A stretch of DNA of 33,878 bases, from the NCBI GenBank assembly GCA_049322255.1, contig JBMORE010000021.1, positions 1 through 33,878 on the forward strand. Reading direction: 5' to 3'. This DNA is from Myxococcota bacterium. Its GTDB lineage: Bacteria > Myxococcota > Myxococcia > Myxococcales > Myxococcaceae. Both the position numbers and the translations under genes were made by a program. Below are positions 1 through 8,032 of the stretch, piece after piece; positions within the stretch are counted from its first letter, which is position 1; each line of letters opens with the position of its first letter. The notes beneath the pieces were generated by a model. It was not told the DNA's origin. It did no database searches and saw only the letters and a program-made list of their open reading frames with translations.

Positions 1-91
1 CGAGCTCGCGCGGGCGCACGGTGAGGACGGTGCGCTTGTGAAAGCCGGCGGCGTGGGTGAGGAGGAGGGGGAGGAGGATTTTGATTGGCAA
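1..91 (-). CDS. Partial CDS (5' end of a gene running off the window), possibly secreted hypothetical protein
   Basis: Minus-strand TTG at 91 opens MPIKILLPLLLTHAAGFHKRTVLTVRPREL... with GC-rich third positions and a hydrophobic N-terminus. A GAGGG SD-like sequence lies ~9 nt upstream, inside the repeat at 101-136. Same strand as the upstream operon. Confidence 0.45.
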   Translation of the reverse strand, partial: MPIKILLPLLLTHAAGFHKRTVLTVRPREL

Positions 92-100
92 GGATCGGGT

Positions 101-136
101 CCCTCACCCCTGCCCTCTCCCACCGGGAGAGGGGAG
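101..136 (+). repeat. REP-like palindromic intergenic repeat, copy 1
   Basis: CCCTCACCCCTGCCCTCTCCCACCGGGAGAGGGGAG, with a CCCTCTCCC/GGGAGAGGG stem. Similar to the copies at 5259-5294 (inverted) and 7044-7080. Confidence 0.85.
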
Positions 137-3100
137 TTATTCGAGGTCCGCGTGGAACTGGCCGAAGAGTCGGCGCAGGTCGGGAACCTTTGCTGGCTGA
201 TGCGGCTGGGTCTGTCCCAAAGGCAGCACCAAGCGCTTGGCTGCCAGCGCCTGCTTCTTCGCCCGCACCACATACACCGGGTTGGTGAAGGCGAAGGGCT
301 TGATCTGTTGTTCCTGCACGGGCCGGTACTTGCCGTACTTGTTGGTGTACCCGAAGGTGGCGCCCAAGGAGCCGATGATCTCGTTGAGCTGAATCGAGGC
401 GATCTCCAGCGGGGTGTACACCGGCCACATCGGCCGCTCTCCGCTCACCTCGACGACGAAGAAGGAGTCGTCGGGAATGCCGAAAAGCTCCTTGGTCTCC
501 TCCAGGCGCACAAGCTCCTCCGAGGGCGCCACCGTGTACTCGGCGACCACCTGGGGAATCTTCTGTTGGTCCTTCCCTCCCCGCTTGAGCACGACTTTGC
601 TCACGTCCACCCAAGGTGCCGCCTGCACTTTGATGCGCACAGTGACGTTGCCCTCGGGCGCCACCACCTCGCTGCCCACCGGCTGCTCGTTGACGAACAG
701 CTCGACGAACGGCCCGTTGGTCACCACCACTTTTTGGGTGCGAATGCCGTCCATCACCGCTTCCTCCGACAGCCCCATCATCGAGCCGTCGGCGGTGTCC
801 CCGACCCAGACGTAGCTGCGCGGCAACCCCGCCTCGGCCTTGGCGCTGTGCGAGTCGCTGTTGCCCATCGCGGTGAGGCGCCGGCCCCGCGCGGTGAGGG
901 TGTAATAATCCTCCAGCGCGCCCGCATACACCGGGTTGACTTTGGAGCCCTCGAAGGTCTGCTCGAGAATCTCTCCCACCGCCTGAATGCACTCCGCCGG
1001 CCCGCCCGGGGTGCAGAACGGCAAGGTGGGCTCGGGCCCGCTGCCGGGATTTTGCGGCACACGGTAGTGGAACAGCTGCTCGGCGTGCTTGCCGTTGAAG
1101 ACCTCGAGGGCGTCGAAGTCGAGCGAGAAGCTCTCCGGGGTGTAGATGGTGCGATCGAGGGTGAAGGCGCTGGTGGGAGGCAAAATCTCGGTGGTGTACG
1201 CGCTCATGTTGTACTGGCTGAAGTACCCGAGGATGGTGTCGCGCGGGTGGTTCACCTGCACGATGGTCTTCCCCTCGTACTTGCCCAGGCTGCGCAGCTG
1301 GGCGAACAGCTCTCCGGGCGGGCGGCGGAACCAGTTGAAGGAGCCGTGGGTCACCGCCCCTTTTTCCAAAACGAGGGGGAAGGCGTTGAAGTGGCCCATC
1401 TCCAGAGTGGTCAGCTCGAGGCCGACGGTGGTCTTCACCCAGTCTTGCAGTCCCAGCGCCTCCACCGTGGGAGCGAAGTCGGTGACGAAGTTGTGGTCGG
1501 TCGAAGAGAGGAAGTCGACCCCCTCTACCGCGTAGCTCGCCACCCGGTCGCTCGAGCTCATCTCCGAGTCGACCGAGTTGACCGAGTGCACGTGAAAGTC
1601 GGTGCTCACGTAGCCGGGCGTCTTCATCACCTGGCGCAGCGTCAAGGAGAGCTCGCGCAGCTCTCCGGCCTTCAGCTCGACGTCCGCCGAGGCGAGGTCG
1701 TACTCCGGCCCGCGCGAGGCCCACACCCGGTAGCTGCCGGGGCGAATCGCCTTCCCCGCCGTGCCGTGGGGAGCGAAGAACACCTTCTCGAGGTAGCGCC
1801 GTGTCTGGGGCTCGTCGGTGTCGGCGTCGAAGTCGGAGGGGCGCATGCGCTCTCCTACCCGCAGGTTGTAGAGGAAGCTGCGCGGCGGCTCGGCGCCTAC
1901 GTGCCCGTAGACCGCCTCGATCGAAATCTTCGCCGGCAGCCGCCGCCCCCGCTCGTCCAGCACCGTCACCGAAAGGGTCGCCGCCCGCTCGACCAATAGG
2001 TCGATCCTCGCCAAAGCGTCGGCCGCCACCTCGACGTACTCCCCCGAGAGCTTCGGGGTGCGCACCGAGTCGACCGCATAGGCGCGGTAGCGGCCCGGAG
2101 GCACCGCGGCGGTGTAGCTGCCGTCTTTTTGCGAGCGCGCCGAAGAGACGTAGTGCCCCTGGTCGTCCTGGAGCACCACGGTCAGGCCGGCGACGGCGGA
2201 GCCGGTCAGCTCCTCGCGCACGCGGCCGGAAATCGTCCCGGTCGGCGTCGGGGTGCGGCCGTCGACCTCGCTTGCGTCGTTGATGCTGTAGACGACCTTC
2301 TGCGCCGAGGCGACGTCTCCGTTGCCTACGGCCAAGTAGCCAGCGAAGCTGTAGCTCTTCCCCGGCGCCAGCGCTTTGGGCGGCATGCCCCAGAAAGTGC
2401 CCAAGAAAGAGGAAAACGCCATGGGAATGAGGAGCGAGTCTGGCTTCGCGTCCGGGTAAAACTGCGGGTCGCGCTTTCTCGCCGTCTCCATATAGTTGTC
2501 GCCGCGGGGATTCGCCGCCGCCACCGCGTATGACACCCCCTCGCCTTCGGTGGCGACCATTGTCGTCACCTCGCCGGGCAACGCCTCCAAGCTCGAGGGC
2601 CCCTTGTAGACCTCTTCGAGGCGAAAGCGCATGTCGTAGCCGCCTTTGCCCGGCACGAACAGTCGCTGCCCCTCGCCGAGCAAGGTGACGAACCCCAACG
2701 GAACCGCCAGGGGGAAGCCCGCCTCCTTCGTCTTGTCTGCGTTGGTGAGAGTGACGACGATTTTGAGGTACTGCTTCCCCGGCTCGAGGATGTAGTCGAC
2801 CGTGTAGTCGAGGGGGGTGGGCGGCAGGACCAGGTCGTTGATCGATCGCGTGAGGGAAAGAAAGTCGTTCCCCTGCCCGCTCACCCGGATGATCGCCGGC
2901 CCCGCTGAGCCGTCGGCCAGCACCTCGACCTTCTGAGGCTCGATCGCCTCGAGGAAGAAGGCCGGGAACATCTCGGTGAACCAGTCGTTGCCCGCCGTCC
3001 CGGTGGCCGAGCTCGCCTTGCTCCCCCGCACCAGATCGACGTCGATGAGCGAGCCGCCGAACACCCCGAAGCCGCGGGAGTGGCCGACGTCCTGAATGAT

Positions 3101-3274
3101 GGCGTGGATGATGCCGTTGGAGAGCTTGAAGTCCCCCACCTCTCCCAGCGCGCGCTGGCCGCCGATGAGCTGGCTGCGGCTCTCGATGCGCACCGCCGAC
3201 GCCCGCGGAGGCGCCGACGACGAGCACCCCGCCAACAAGAGCACCAAATACCGGACGCGAAAAATGCTCTTCAT
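137..3274 (-). CDS. Large lipoprotein: PHP-fold CehA/McbA-family metallohydrolase with a carboxypeptidase-regulatory-like (beta-sandwich) domain
   Basis: Lipobox LLLAGC. PHP motifs DFHVHS, STDHN, GLE, GHFNAFP, VNHPR, ALEVFNG, GNSDSH. GTISGRVRE...GSYTAAVPPGRY beta-sandwich segment. 1045 aa. Confidence 0.8.
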   Translation of the reverse strand: MKSIFRVRYLVLLLAGCSSSAPPRASAVRIESRSQLIGGQRALGEVGDFKLSNGIIHAIIQDVGHSRGFGVFGGSLIDVDLVRGSKASSATGTAGNDWFTEMFPAFFLEAIEPQKVEVLADGSAGPAIIRVSGQGNDFLSLTRSINDLVLPPTPLDYTVDYILEPGKQYLKIVVTLTNADKTKEAGFPLAVPLGFVTLLGEGQRLFVPGKGGYDMRFRLEEVYKGPSSLEALPGEVTTMVATEGEGVSYAVAAANPRGDNYMETARKRDPQFYPDAKPDSLLIPMAFSSFLGTFWGMPPKALAPGKSYSFAGYLAVGNGDVASAQKVVYSINDASEVDGRTPTPTGTISGRVREELTGSAVAGLTVVLQDDQGHYVSSARSQKDGSYTAAVPPGRYRAYAVDSVRTPKLSGEYVEVAADALARIDLLVERAATLSVTVLDERGRRLPAKISIEAVYGHVGAEPPRSFLYNLRVGERMRPSDFDADTDEPQTRRYLEKVFFAPHGTAGKAIRPGSYRVWASRGPEYDLASADVELKAGELRELSLTLRQVMKTPGYVSTDFHVHSVNSVDSEMSSSDRVASYAVEGVDFLSSTDHNFVTDFAPTVEALGLQDWVKTTVGLELTTLEMGHFNAFPLVLEKGAVTHGSFNWFRRPPGELFAQLRSLGKYEGKTIVQVNHPRDTILGYFSQYNMSAYTTEILPPTSAFTLDRTIYTPESFSLDFDALEVFNGKHAEQLFHYRVPQNPGSGPEPTLPFCTPGGPAECIQAVGEILEQTFEGSKVNPVYAGALEDYYTLTARGRRLTAMGNSDSHSAKAEAGLPRSYVWVGDTADGSMMGLSEEAVMDGIRTQKVVVTNGPFVELFVNEQPVGSEVVAPEGNVTVRIKVQAAPWVDVSKVVLKRGGKDQQKIPQVVAEYTVAPSEELVRLEETKELFGIPDDSFFVVEVSGERPMWPVYTPLEIASIQLNEIIGSLGATFGYTNKYGKYRPVQEQQIKPFAFTNPVYVVRAKKQALAAKRLVLPLGQTQPHQPAKVPDLRRLFGQFHADLE

Positions 3275-3286
3275 ACGCTCTCCGCC

Positions 3287-4444
3287 CTACCAGCTCACCT
3301 GGAGCAGCCCGTCGATGCTGTTGTTGTTCACCTGCACCGGGCTCTCCTCCCCGCGCAAGGTGTACTGAGCGATGAGCCGCATGGGCAGCTTCTTGGCGCG
3401 GTAGCCGATCATCACCGCGAGCTCCGTCAGCCGGTCGCTGGGCTCGGCGCTGCTGGGCTCGTACTGGGCGTAGCGCACCCCGCCCTCCAGCCGGTGGTAG
3501 ACGTAGCGCAGCGAGCCGACCAGCCCCAACCCCGACTCGGTGGGCAGCGCATTGTTGGTGTGGTCGATCTGCCGCCACACCACCATCGCGAAGGCCGACA
3601 GCCCGCCCACGTTGAGGGTTACGTCTCCGCCCGCTCCCAGGTGGTTGCTGGTGAGGCGGTTGGGCCGCACCCCTTCCGAGGCCTGGTTGTAGTAGCCGTT
3701 GGCGCCCACCGAGAACGTCTCTCCCCGCTCGTACGCCACCCGCGCCACCGGAGTGACGCTGTTGTTGTCGTTGTCGAGCACGTTGGGGCCGTTGCCGTTC
3801 ACCAGCGCCAGCGTGTAGCGAAGGCCGCTTGGGCCGCCGAGACGCTCCGAGCCGACCTCCAGCCCCACTTGCCGATCCAGCGTCAGCCCAGCACGGGTGA
3901 AGCCCTCGGGAGGAGCGACGCCGTCGGTCACCACCGAGCGGGTCACGAAGGGCAAGGCGTTGTCCGGGAGCAAGGTCTCTGCATTGAAGGGCGCCTTGAA
4001 CTGTCCTGCGCGCAGGCGGGCAAAGCGCGAGGGCGCCCACTGGATGTAGGCGTCTTTCAAGTCGACCACCCGGTTGCCGCGCAGGGGATCGACCTCGTTG
4101 CGCCGCGCCACCGAGCCATCCAACGAGGCGAAGACGATAAGCTGCTGGCTCAGCTCCAGCCCCGCGCCGATCCGCGCGTTGGCGAGCCGAAAGCCGTTGT
4201 TCGAGCCGATGAGCGCGTCGTCGGCGCTCGCCTCCGTCCAGAAGTAGCCGAGCTTGGCGTACCCCTCGAGCCAGACGTTCTTGCTCACCCACAAGGTCTG
4301 CTCATCGTGCGCAGGCGCGAGCGCCGCAGTGGAAACCTCCTCCACGGCAGCGCCCGGGGGCGCGGGGGCAGCGGGCGCGGCCTCGGTCTGGGCGTACACA
4401 ACCTGCGCGACGAGCAACGCCGTCACCACGAGCAGTCTTTTCAT
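3287..4444 (-). CDS. Outer-membrane porin, OprO/OprP (phosphate-selective porin)-like
   Basis: Signal peptide (…VVYA/QTE). GFRLANARIG, LKDAYI, RLRAGQFKAPF and DRQVG motifs typical of Porin O/P. C-terminal LLQVSW beta-signal. Stop lies 12 bp before the metallohydrolase start. Confidence 0.75.
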   Translation of the reverse strand: MKRLLVVTALLVAQVVYAQTEAAPAAPAPPGAAVEEVSTAALAPAHDEQTLWVSKNVWLEGYAKLGYFWTEASADDALIGSNNGFRLANARIGAGLELSQQLIVFASLDGSVARRNEVDPLRGNRVVDLKDAYIQWAPSRFARLRAGQFKAPFNAETLLPDNALPFVTRSVVTDGVAPPEGFTRAGLTLDRQVGLEVGSERLGGPSGLRYTLALVNGNGPNVLDNDNNSVTPVARVAYERGETFSVGANGYYNQASEGVRPNRLTSNHLGAGGDVTLNVGGLSAFAMVVWRQIDHTNNALPTESGLGLVGSLRYVYHRLEGGVRYAQYEPSSAEPSDRLTELAVMIGYRAKKLPMRLIAQYTLRGEESPVQVNNNSIDGLLQVSW

Positions 4445-4515
4445 CGGTGCGAATCTCCCAAGCGGTTCTACGGCGCGGGAGTTCTACCCCGTCGGCGTCA
4501 CTTGCCCAAGCGTCG

Positions 4516-5214
4516 TCAACGCGCGACGACGAAGGGAATCTCCACCACCCCGAATTGCTCCTCCGTGTTGGCGTCGACGAGCTTGGCTTGGAAGGTGACT
4601 GCGTTCACCTCAGGGCTGGGCTGCTGGAAGTAGAGGAACCCCGAGACCCGGCCGCCCGCCTCCAGCACTCCTTCGGGGAGCGCGTGCTCGATCATGTCGC
4701 GCGAGGGGAGAGGCTCGACCCAATACCCGTAGTACCGGTCGTAATAGAAGGGGTCATAGAAAAACGACCCTGGCCACGGGGCGAAGAAGGGGTAGTAGTG
4801 GGCGTAGTACGGCGAGACGTAGAAGTGGCTGTAGGGGTACGGGTAGGCGATGCCGACGCTCAGGCCCACCTGCGCGGGGTACGAGGACGAGGCCTCCTGG
4901 AGTACCTTCAGCGGCGGAAGCGGGTTGTAGCGGAAGCCCAGCGAGGTCTCCAACGCGAACAACGAGTAGCGGATGGTGATGGGCCGGTTGCTTTCATTCT
5001 GGATGCTCACCCGCACCGGAGTGAGGTAGGCCTCGAGATCGGAAGGCCGGCCGCGCCACGCCGCGCCCTCGACCATCACCTTCACCCCTTCCACTTCGGT
5101 GCGGGCCACCCCTTCGTAGCCCACCACCGCCTGCGCCGGCGTCGCGGGGAGCAGCTCCATCTCGTGGACGCAGCCGACAAGAAGCATCACCGCCACCGCC
5201 CAACGAAATCTCAT
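4516..5214 (-). CDS. Hypothetical lipoprotein with a Tyr/Pro-rich insert
   Basis: Lipobox LLVGC. YPYPYSHFYVSPYYAHYYPFFAPW…YYDRYYGYW segment. C-terminal LPEGVLEAGGRVSGFLYF. 232 aa. Confidence 0.75.
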   Translation of the reverse strand: MRFRWAVAVMLLVGCVHEMELLPATPAQAVVGYEGVARTEVEGVKVMVEGAAWRGRPSDLEAYLTPVRVSIQNESNRPITIRYSLFALETSLGFRYNPLPPLKVLQEASSSYPAQVGLSVGIAYPYPYSHFYVSPYYAHYYPFFAPWPGSFFYDPFYYDRYYGYWVEPLPSRDMIEHALPEGVLEAGGRVSGFLYFQQPSPEVNAVTFQAKLVDANTEEQFGVVEIPFVVAR

Positions 5215-5258
5215 GCCATGCGGTTATCCACGCGCGAGGGTGTGAGCAACCCGGCCGA

Positions 5259-5294
5259 TCCCCTCTCCCTTCGGGAGAGGGTTAGGGTGAGGGG
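5259..5294 (-). repeat. REP-like palindromic repeat, copy 2 (overlaps the murJ stop)
   Basis: Reverse complement reads CCCCTCACCCTAACCCTCTCCCGAAGGGAGAGGGGA. The murJ TAA stop (5282-5284) lies inside it. Confidence 0.85.
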
Positions 5295-6967
5295 CGCCTA
5301 CTTCCCCGTCTCCACAGCGAAACACCCAGAGCCTGAGCGACGGCGAAATACGTCACCCCGAACGCTCCCAGCACCAAGAACGCCGACAGCACCGGGTGCA
5401 GCCGAGGGGGCGGAAGAAAGGACGAGCCCCACTGAGAAGCCACGGCGGCATCGACTCCGAAGACGTGAGTCAGCGACACCTTCACCCCCACGCCGATCGC
5501 CGCCGCCGACATCGCCGCAAGCCACAGCTTGACCAGCCTCCCCGAAGGAAGCTTCACCGCCCCGATTCTTCGGGCCAGGGCGCGGCGCAGCAGCCCGTAC
5601 TCGACCCAGCCCGCCACCCCACTCGCCACCGTGATGCCGGCCGCTCCCAGCTCCACCGGCACCCCGAGCTGCGCAGGGAGAAACCGCACCGCGTAAAAGA
5701 CCAACCCCGCTCCCAAGCCCACCCGGGCAAGAGCGAAGTACAGCGGGGTGCGCGTATCTCTAAGCGCGTAGAACGCCGAGGCATAGAGCCGCCCTTGGGT
5801 GGCCGCGAGCAGCCCCACCGCCGAGCCCATCAAGATGAACCACACGTAGCGGGTATCAGCGGCGGTGAAACGGCCAGTCTGCAGGAGCGCCGCGCCGACG
5901 ACGTCGCCCAAAAAGAGAAACGCCGCCGCGCTGGGGACGACGAAGAAGGCGATGCGCCCAAGACCGGCGGAGAGGCGCTCGCGCAGCTTCTCCGACGCCT
6001 CGCTCTCACGGGCGAGCTCAGGCAGCTCCGCGGCGGACACCGCCATGCCGAACAGGCTCACCGGGACCAGGTAGATCGTCTGTGCGTAGGCGAGCGCGGA
6101 GATCGCCCGCTCGGTGATGAGCGAGGCAAACGCCAGATCGACATAGGCGCTCACCTGCACCACGCCCCGGCCGATCACCACGGGCACGAAGCTTTTCAGC
6201 ACCTGGCGCACCGGAGCCAGCGCCGCCGAGAGCGACGGCCGGAAGCTCCCCAGGAGCCGGAAGACCTGCGGCAGCTGCACCGCGAACTGGAGGAAGCTGC
6301 CGGCGACCACGCCCCAGGCGGTGTACTCGGCGAGAGCGAAGAGCTCCGCACGCCCGCCGAACACCACCAGGACGGCGATGATCGCGACGTTCCACACCAC
6401 CGGCGCGGCGTAGGAGAGGAAGAACTTCCGGTGGCTGTTCAAGATGCCCAGACACCAGGCAGAGAAGACGAGCAAGCCGGTGCCGGGGAAGAGGATGCGC
6501 ACCAAGGTGATGGTGAGGATGCGCCCTTCCCCCTCGAGGCCCGGAGCGAGCACCGTCACCAGCCACGGGGCGATGGCGATGCCCAGCGCCACCAACGCCG
6601 ACGTCATCAGCGCGAGCAGGCCGAACACTGCTCCTGCCACCCGGTCGGCGGTCTCGCGATCGCCCTTGCCCGTCAGCGCCGCGTAGACGGGGATGAAGGA
6701 CGCCGAGAGCACGCCCTCGCCGAGCAGGTTCTGCAGGTAGTTGGGAATGCGCAGCGCCGCCGCGAAGGCCGCCGCGGCGATCGAGTTGCCGAAGTAGTGC
6801 GCAAAGACCCGCTGGCGCAAAAGGCCGACGATGCGGGAGAGGAAGATGCCGGCAGCGACCAAGATGGCACCGCGACCTCCTGTCACCGCTTGTGGCGTCG
6901 CGCCCGCGGGCTGTGGCACCACGACCTCGGGAGCCGCGGCGCCGGAGGGCTGATTCATCAAAGCCAT
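5282..6967 (-). CDS. murJ: Lipid II flippase MurJ (MviN)
   Basis: SRIVGLLR, RIPNYLQNLLGEGVLSASFIP, LQFAVQLP and AFYALRDTRTP motifs; many hydrophobic TM segments. Confidence 0.93.
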   Translation of the reverse strand: MALMNQPSGAAAPEVVVPQPAGATPQAVTGGRGAILVAAGIFLSRIVGLLRQRVFAHYFGNSIAAAAFAAALRIPNYLQNLLGEGVLSASFIPVYAALTGKGDRETADRVAGAVFGLLALMTSALVALGIAIAPWLVTVLAPGLEGEGRILTITLVRILFPGTGLLVFSAWCLGILNSHRKFFLSYAAPVVWNVAIIAVLVVFGGRAELFALAEYTAWGVVAGSFLQFAVQLPQVFRLLGSFRPSLSAALAPVRQVLKSFVPVVIGRGVVQVSAYVDLAFASLITERAISALAYAQTIYLVPVSLFGMAVSAAELPELARESEASEKLRERLSAGLGRIAFFVVPSAAAFLFLGDVVGAALLQTGRFTAADTRYVWFILMGSAVGLLAATQGRLYASAFYALRDTRTPLYFALARVGLGAGLVFYAVRFLPAQLGVPVELGAAGITVASGVAGWVEYGLLRRALARRIGAVKLPSGRLVKLWLAAMSAAAIGVGVKVSLTHVFGVDAAVASQWGSSFLPPPRLHPVLSAFLVLGAFGVTYFAVAQALGVSLWRRGSRRPSP

Positions 6968-6979
6968 GCTCGGTGGCGC

Positions 6980-7007
6980 ACTCTACGGGGTGCAGACCGT
7001 CGGGCAA
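6980..7007 (-). promoter_or_regulatory. Putative sigma70-type promoter for murJ
   Basis: Minus strand TTGCCC-N16-TAGAGT, 12 nt upstream of the ATG at 6967. Confidence 0.35.
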
Positions 7008-7043
7008 TTCAAAACTGGGCCGGTCGAGGGTTGACGCTGAAGG

Positions 7044-7080
7044 CCCCTCATCCCAACCCTCTCCTAAGAGGAAGAGGGAG
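7044..7080 (+). repeat. REP-like palindromic repeat, copy 3 (degenerate), immediately upstream of encA
   Basis: CCCCTCATCCCAACCCTCTCCTAAGAGGAAGAGGGAG. Its 3' arm contains the SD-like GAGGGAG 6 nt before the encapsulin ATG. Confidence 0.75.
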
Positions 7081-7086
7081 CGAGTG

Positions 7087-7938
7087 ATGGCTGACTTCTT
7101 GGGACATGCCGAGAATCCGCTCCGCCCGGAGGAATGGGCGCGGCTCAACGAAACCGTCATTCAGGTGGCGCGCAGGTCGCTGGTGGGGCGGCGGCTGCTC
7201 GATCTCTACGGCCCTTTGGGCGCCGGGGTGCAGACGGTGCCGGACGACGAATACACCGGCGTGTCACCCGGAGCGGTGGACATCGTGGGCGAGCAGGACA
7301 CGGCCAAGGTCTTCGCCGACGTCAGAAGGTTCAAGACCATTCCCATCCTCTACAAGGACTTCCTCCTCCACTGGCGCGACATCGAGGCGGCGCGCTCGCA
7401 CAACATGCCGCTCGATGTCTCGGCGGCGGCGGGGGCGGCGGCACTGTGCGCGCAGCAGGAAGATGAGCTCATCTTCTACGGCGACACCAAGCTGGACCAC
7501 GAGGGACTGATGAATGCGAGCGGCCGGCTGACCGTGGCCCTGGGCGACTGGTCGATGCCTGGTCGCGGGTACGACGCGGTCGTGGAAGCGACGCGCCAGC
7601 TCAACCAGCAGGGACACTACGGCCCGTATGCGGTGGTGCTCGCACCGCGGCTGTACTCGCTGCTCCACCGCATCTACGAGAAGACCGGCGTCCTGGAGAT
7701 TGAAACCATTCGCAAGCTGGCCCTCGACGGGGTGTTCCAGTCGAACCGGCTGCGGGACGATTCGGGTGTGGTGGTCTCCACCGGGCGGGAGAACCTCGAC
7801 ATCGCCCTGGCCCAGGACATGGTGACCGCCTACCTGGGCGCGAACAAGATGAACCATCCCTTTCGGGTGTTCGAGGCGCTCATCCTGCGCATCAAGCACC
7901 CCGACGCCATCTGCACGATGGAAACTTCGCCAGCCTGA
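7087..7938 (+). CDS. encA: Family 1 encapsulin nanocompartment shell protein (Linocin M18/HK97 fold), myxobacterial EncA type
   Basis: MADFLGHAENPLRPEEWARLNETVIQVARRSLVGRR…GPLGAG…IPILYKDFLLHWRDIEAAR…CAQQEDELIFYG…GPYAVVL…IKHPDAIC closely matches recalled M. xanthus EncA. True start is the ATG at 7087 with SD, not 6892. 283 aa. Confidence 0.93.
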   Translation: MADFLGHAENPLRPEEWARLNETVIQVARRSLVGRRLLDLYGPLGAGVQTVPDDEYTGVSPGAVDIVGEQDTAKVFADVRRFKTIPILYKDFLLHWRDIEAARSHNMPLDVSAAAGAAALCAQQEDELIFYGDTKLDHEGLMNASGRLTVALGDWSMPGRGYDAVVEATRQLNQQGHYGPYAVVLAPRLYSLLHRIYEKTGVLEIETIRKLALDGVFQSNRLRDDSGVVVSTGRENLDIALAQDMVTAYLGANKMNHPFRVFEALILRIKHPDAICTMETSPA

Positions 7939-7968
7939 TCCCGGGCGGTCGCGTGCTATGGCAGCTCA

Positions 7969-8008
7969 AAGGAGAACCTGACAGGCAAAGCCATCGTCAG
8001 GCGTCCTT
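7969..8008 (+). promoter_or_regulatory. Stem-loop in the encA-ATPase intergenic region (terminator or regulatory leader)
   Basis: AAGGA(7969-73)/TCCTT(8004-08), CCTGAC(7977-82)/GTCAGG(7996-8001) and GGC/GCC nested pairings, followed by CTT. Confidence 0.45.
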
Positions 8009-8032
8009 CTTGCACCCACCTTTACGAGCGCC

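Noticed and set aside
38..1999. Long ORFs antisense to or overlapping real genes (e.g. 38-1999, 3080-4633, 5396-7087, 9512-11014, 13617-14879, 16477-17889, 19709-21520)
   Set aside because: These are shadow ORFs expected in high-GC DNA. They have no motifs and lie opposite genes with clear family signatures.
3495..3530. LVGSLR in the porin (also LTVGVER in the propeller and IVGSLT in the 25-kb protein), resembling the encapsulin targeting peptide
   Set aside because: All are internal, in structured regions of exported or periplasmic domains that a cytoplasmic shell could not load.
5224..5232. TTATCCACG, a DnaA-box-like 9-mer
   Set aside because: It is a single mismatched copy with no box cluster or AT-rich unwinding element.
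6892..7086. 65-codon in-frame N-terminal extension of the encapsulin (possible fused cargo)
   Set aside because: It overlaps the murJ start and a REP element and has non-protein-like composition. Homology and the SD both point to ATG 7087.
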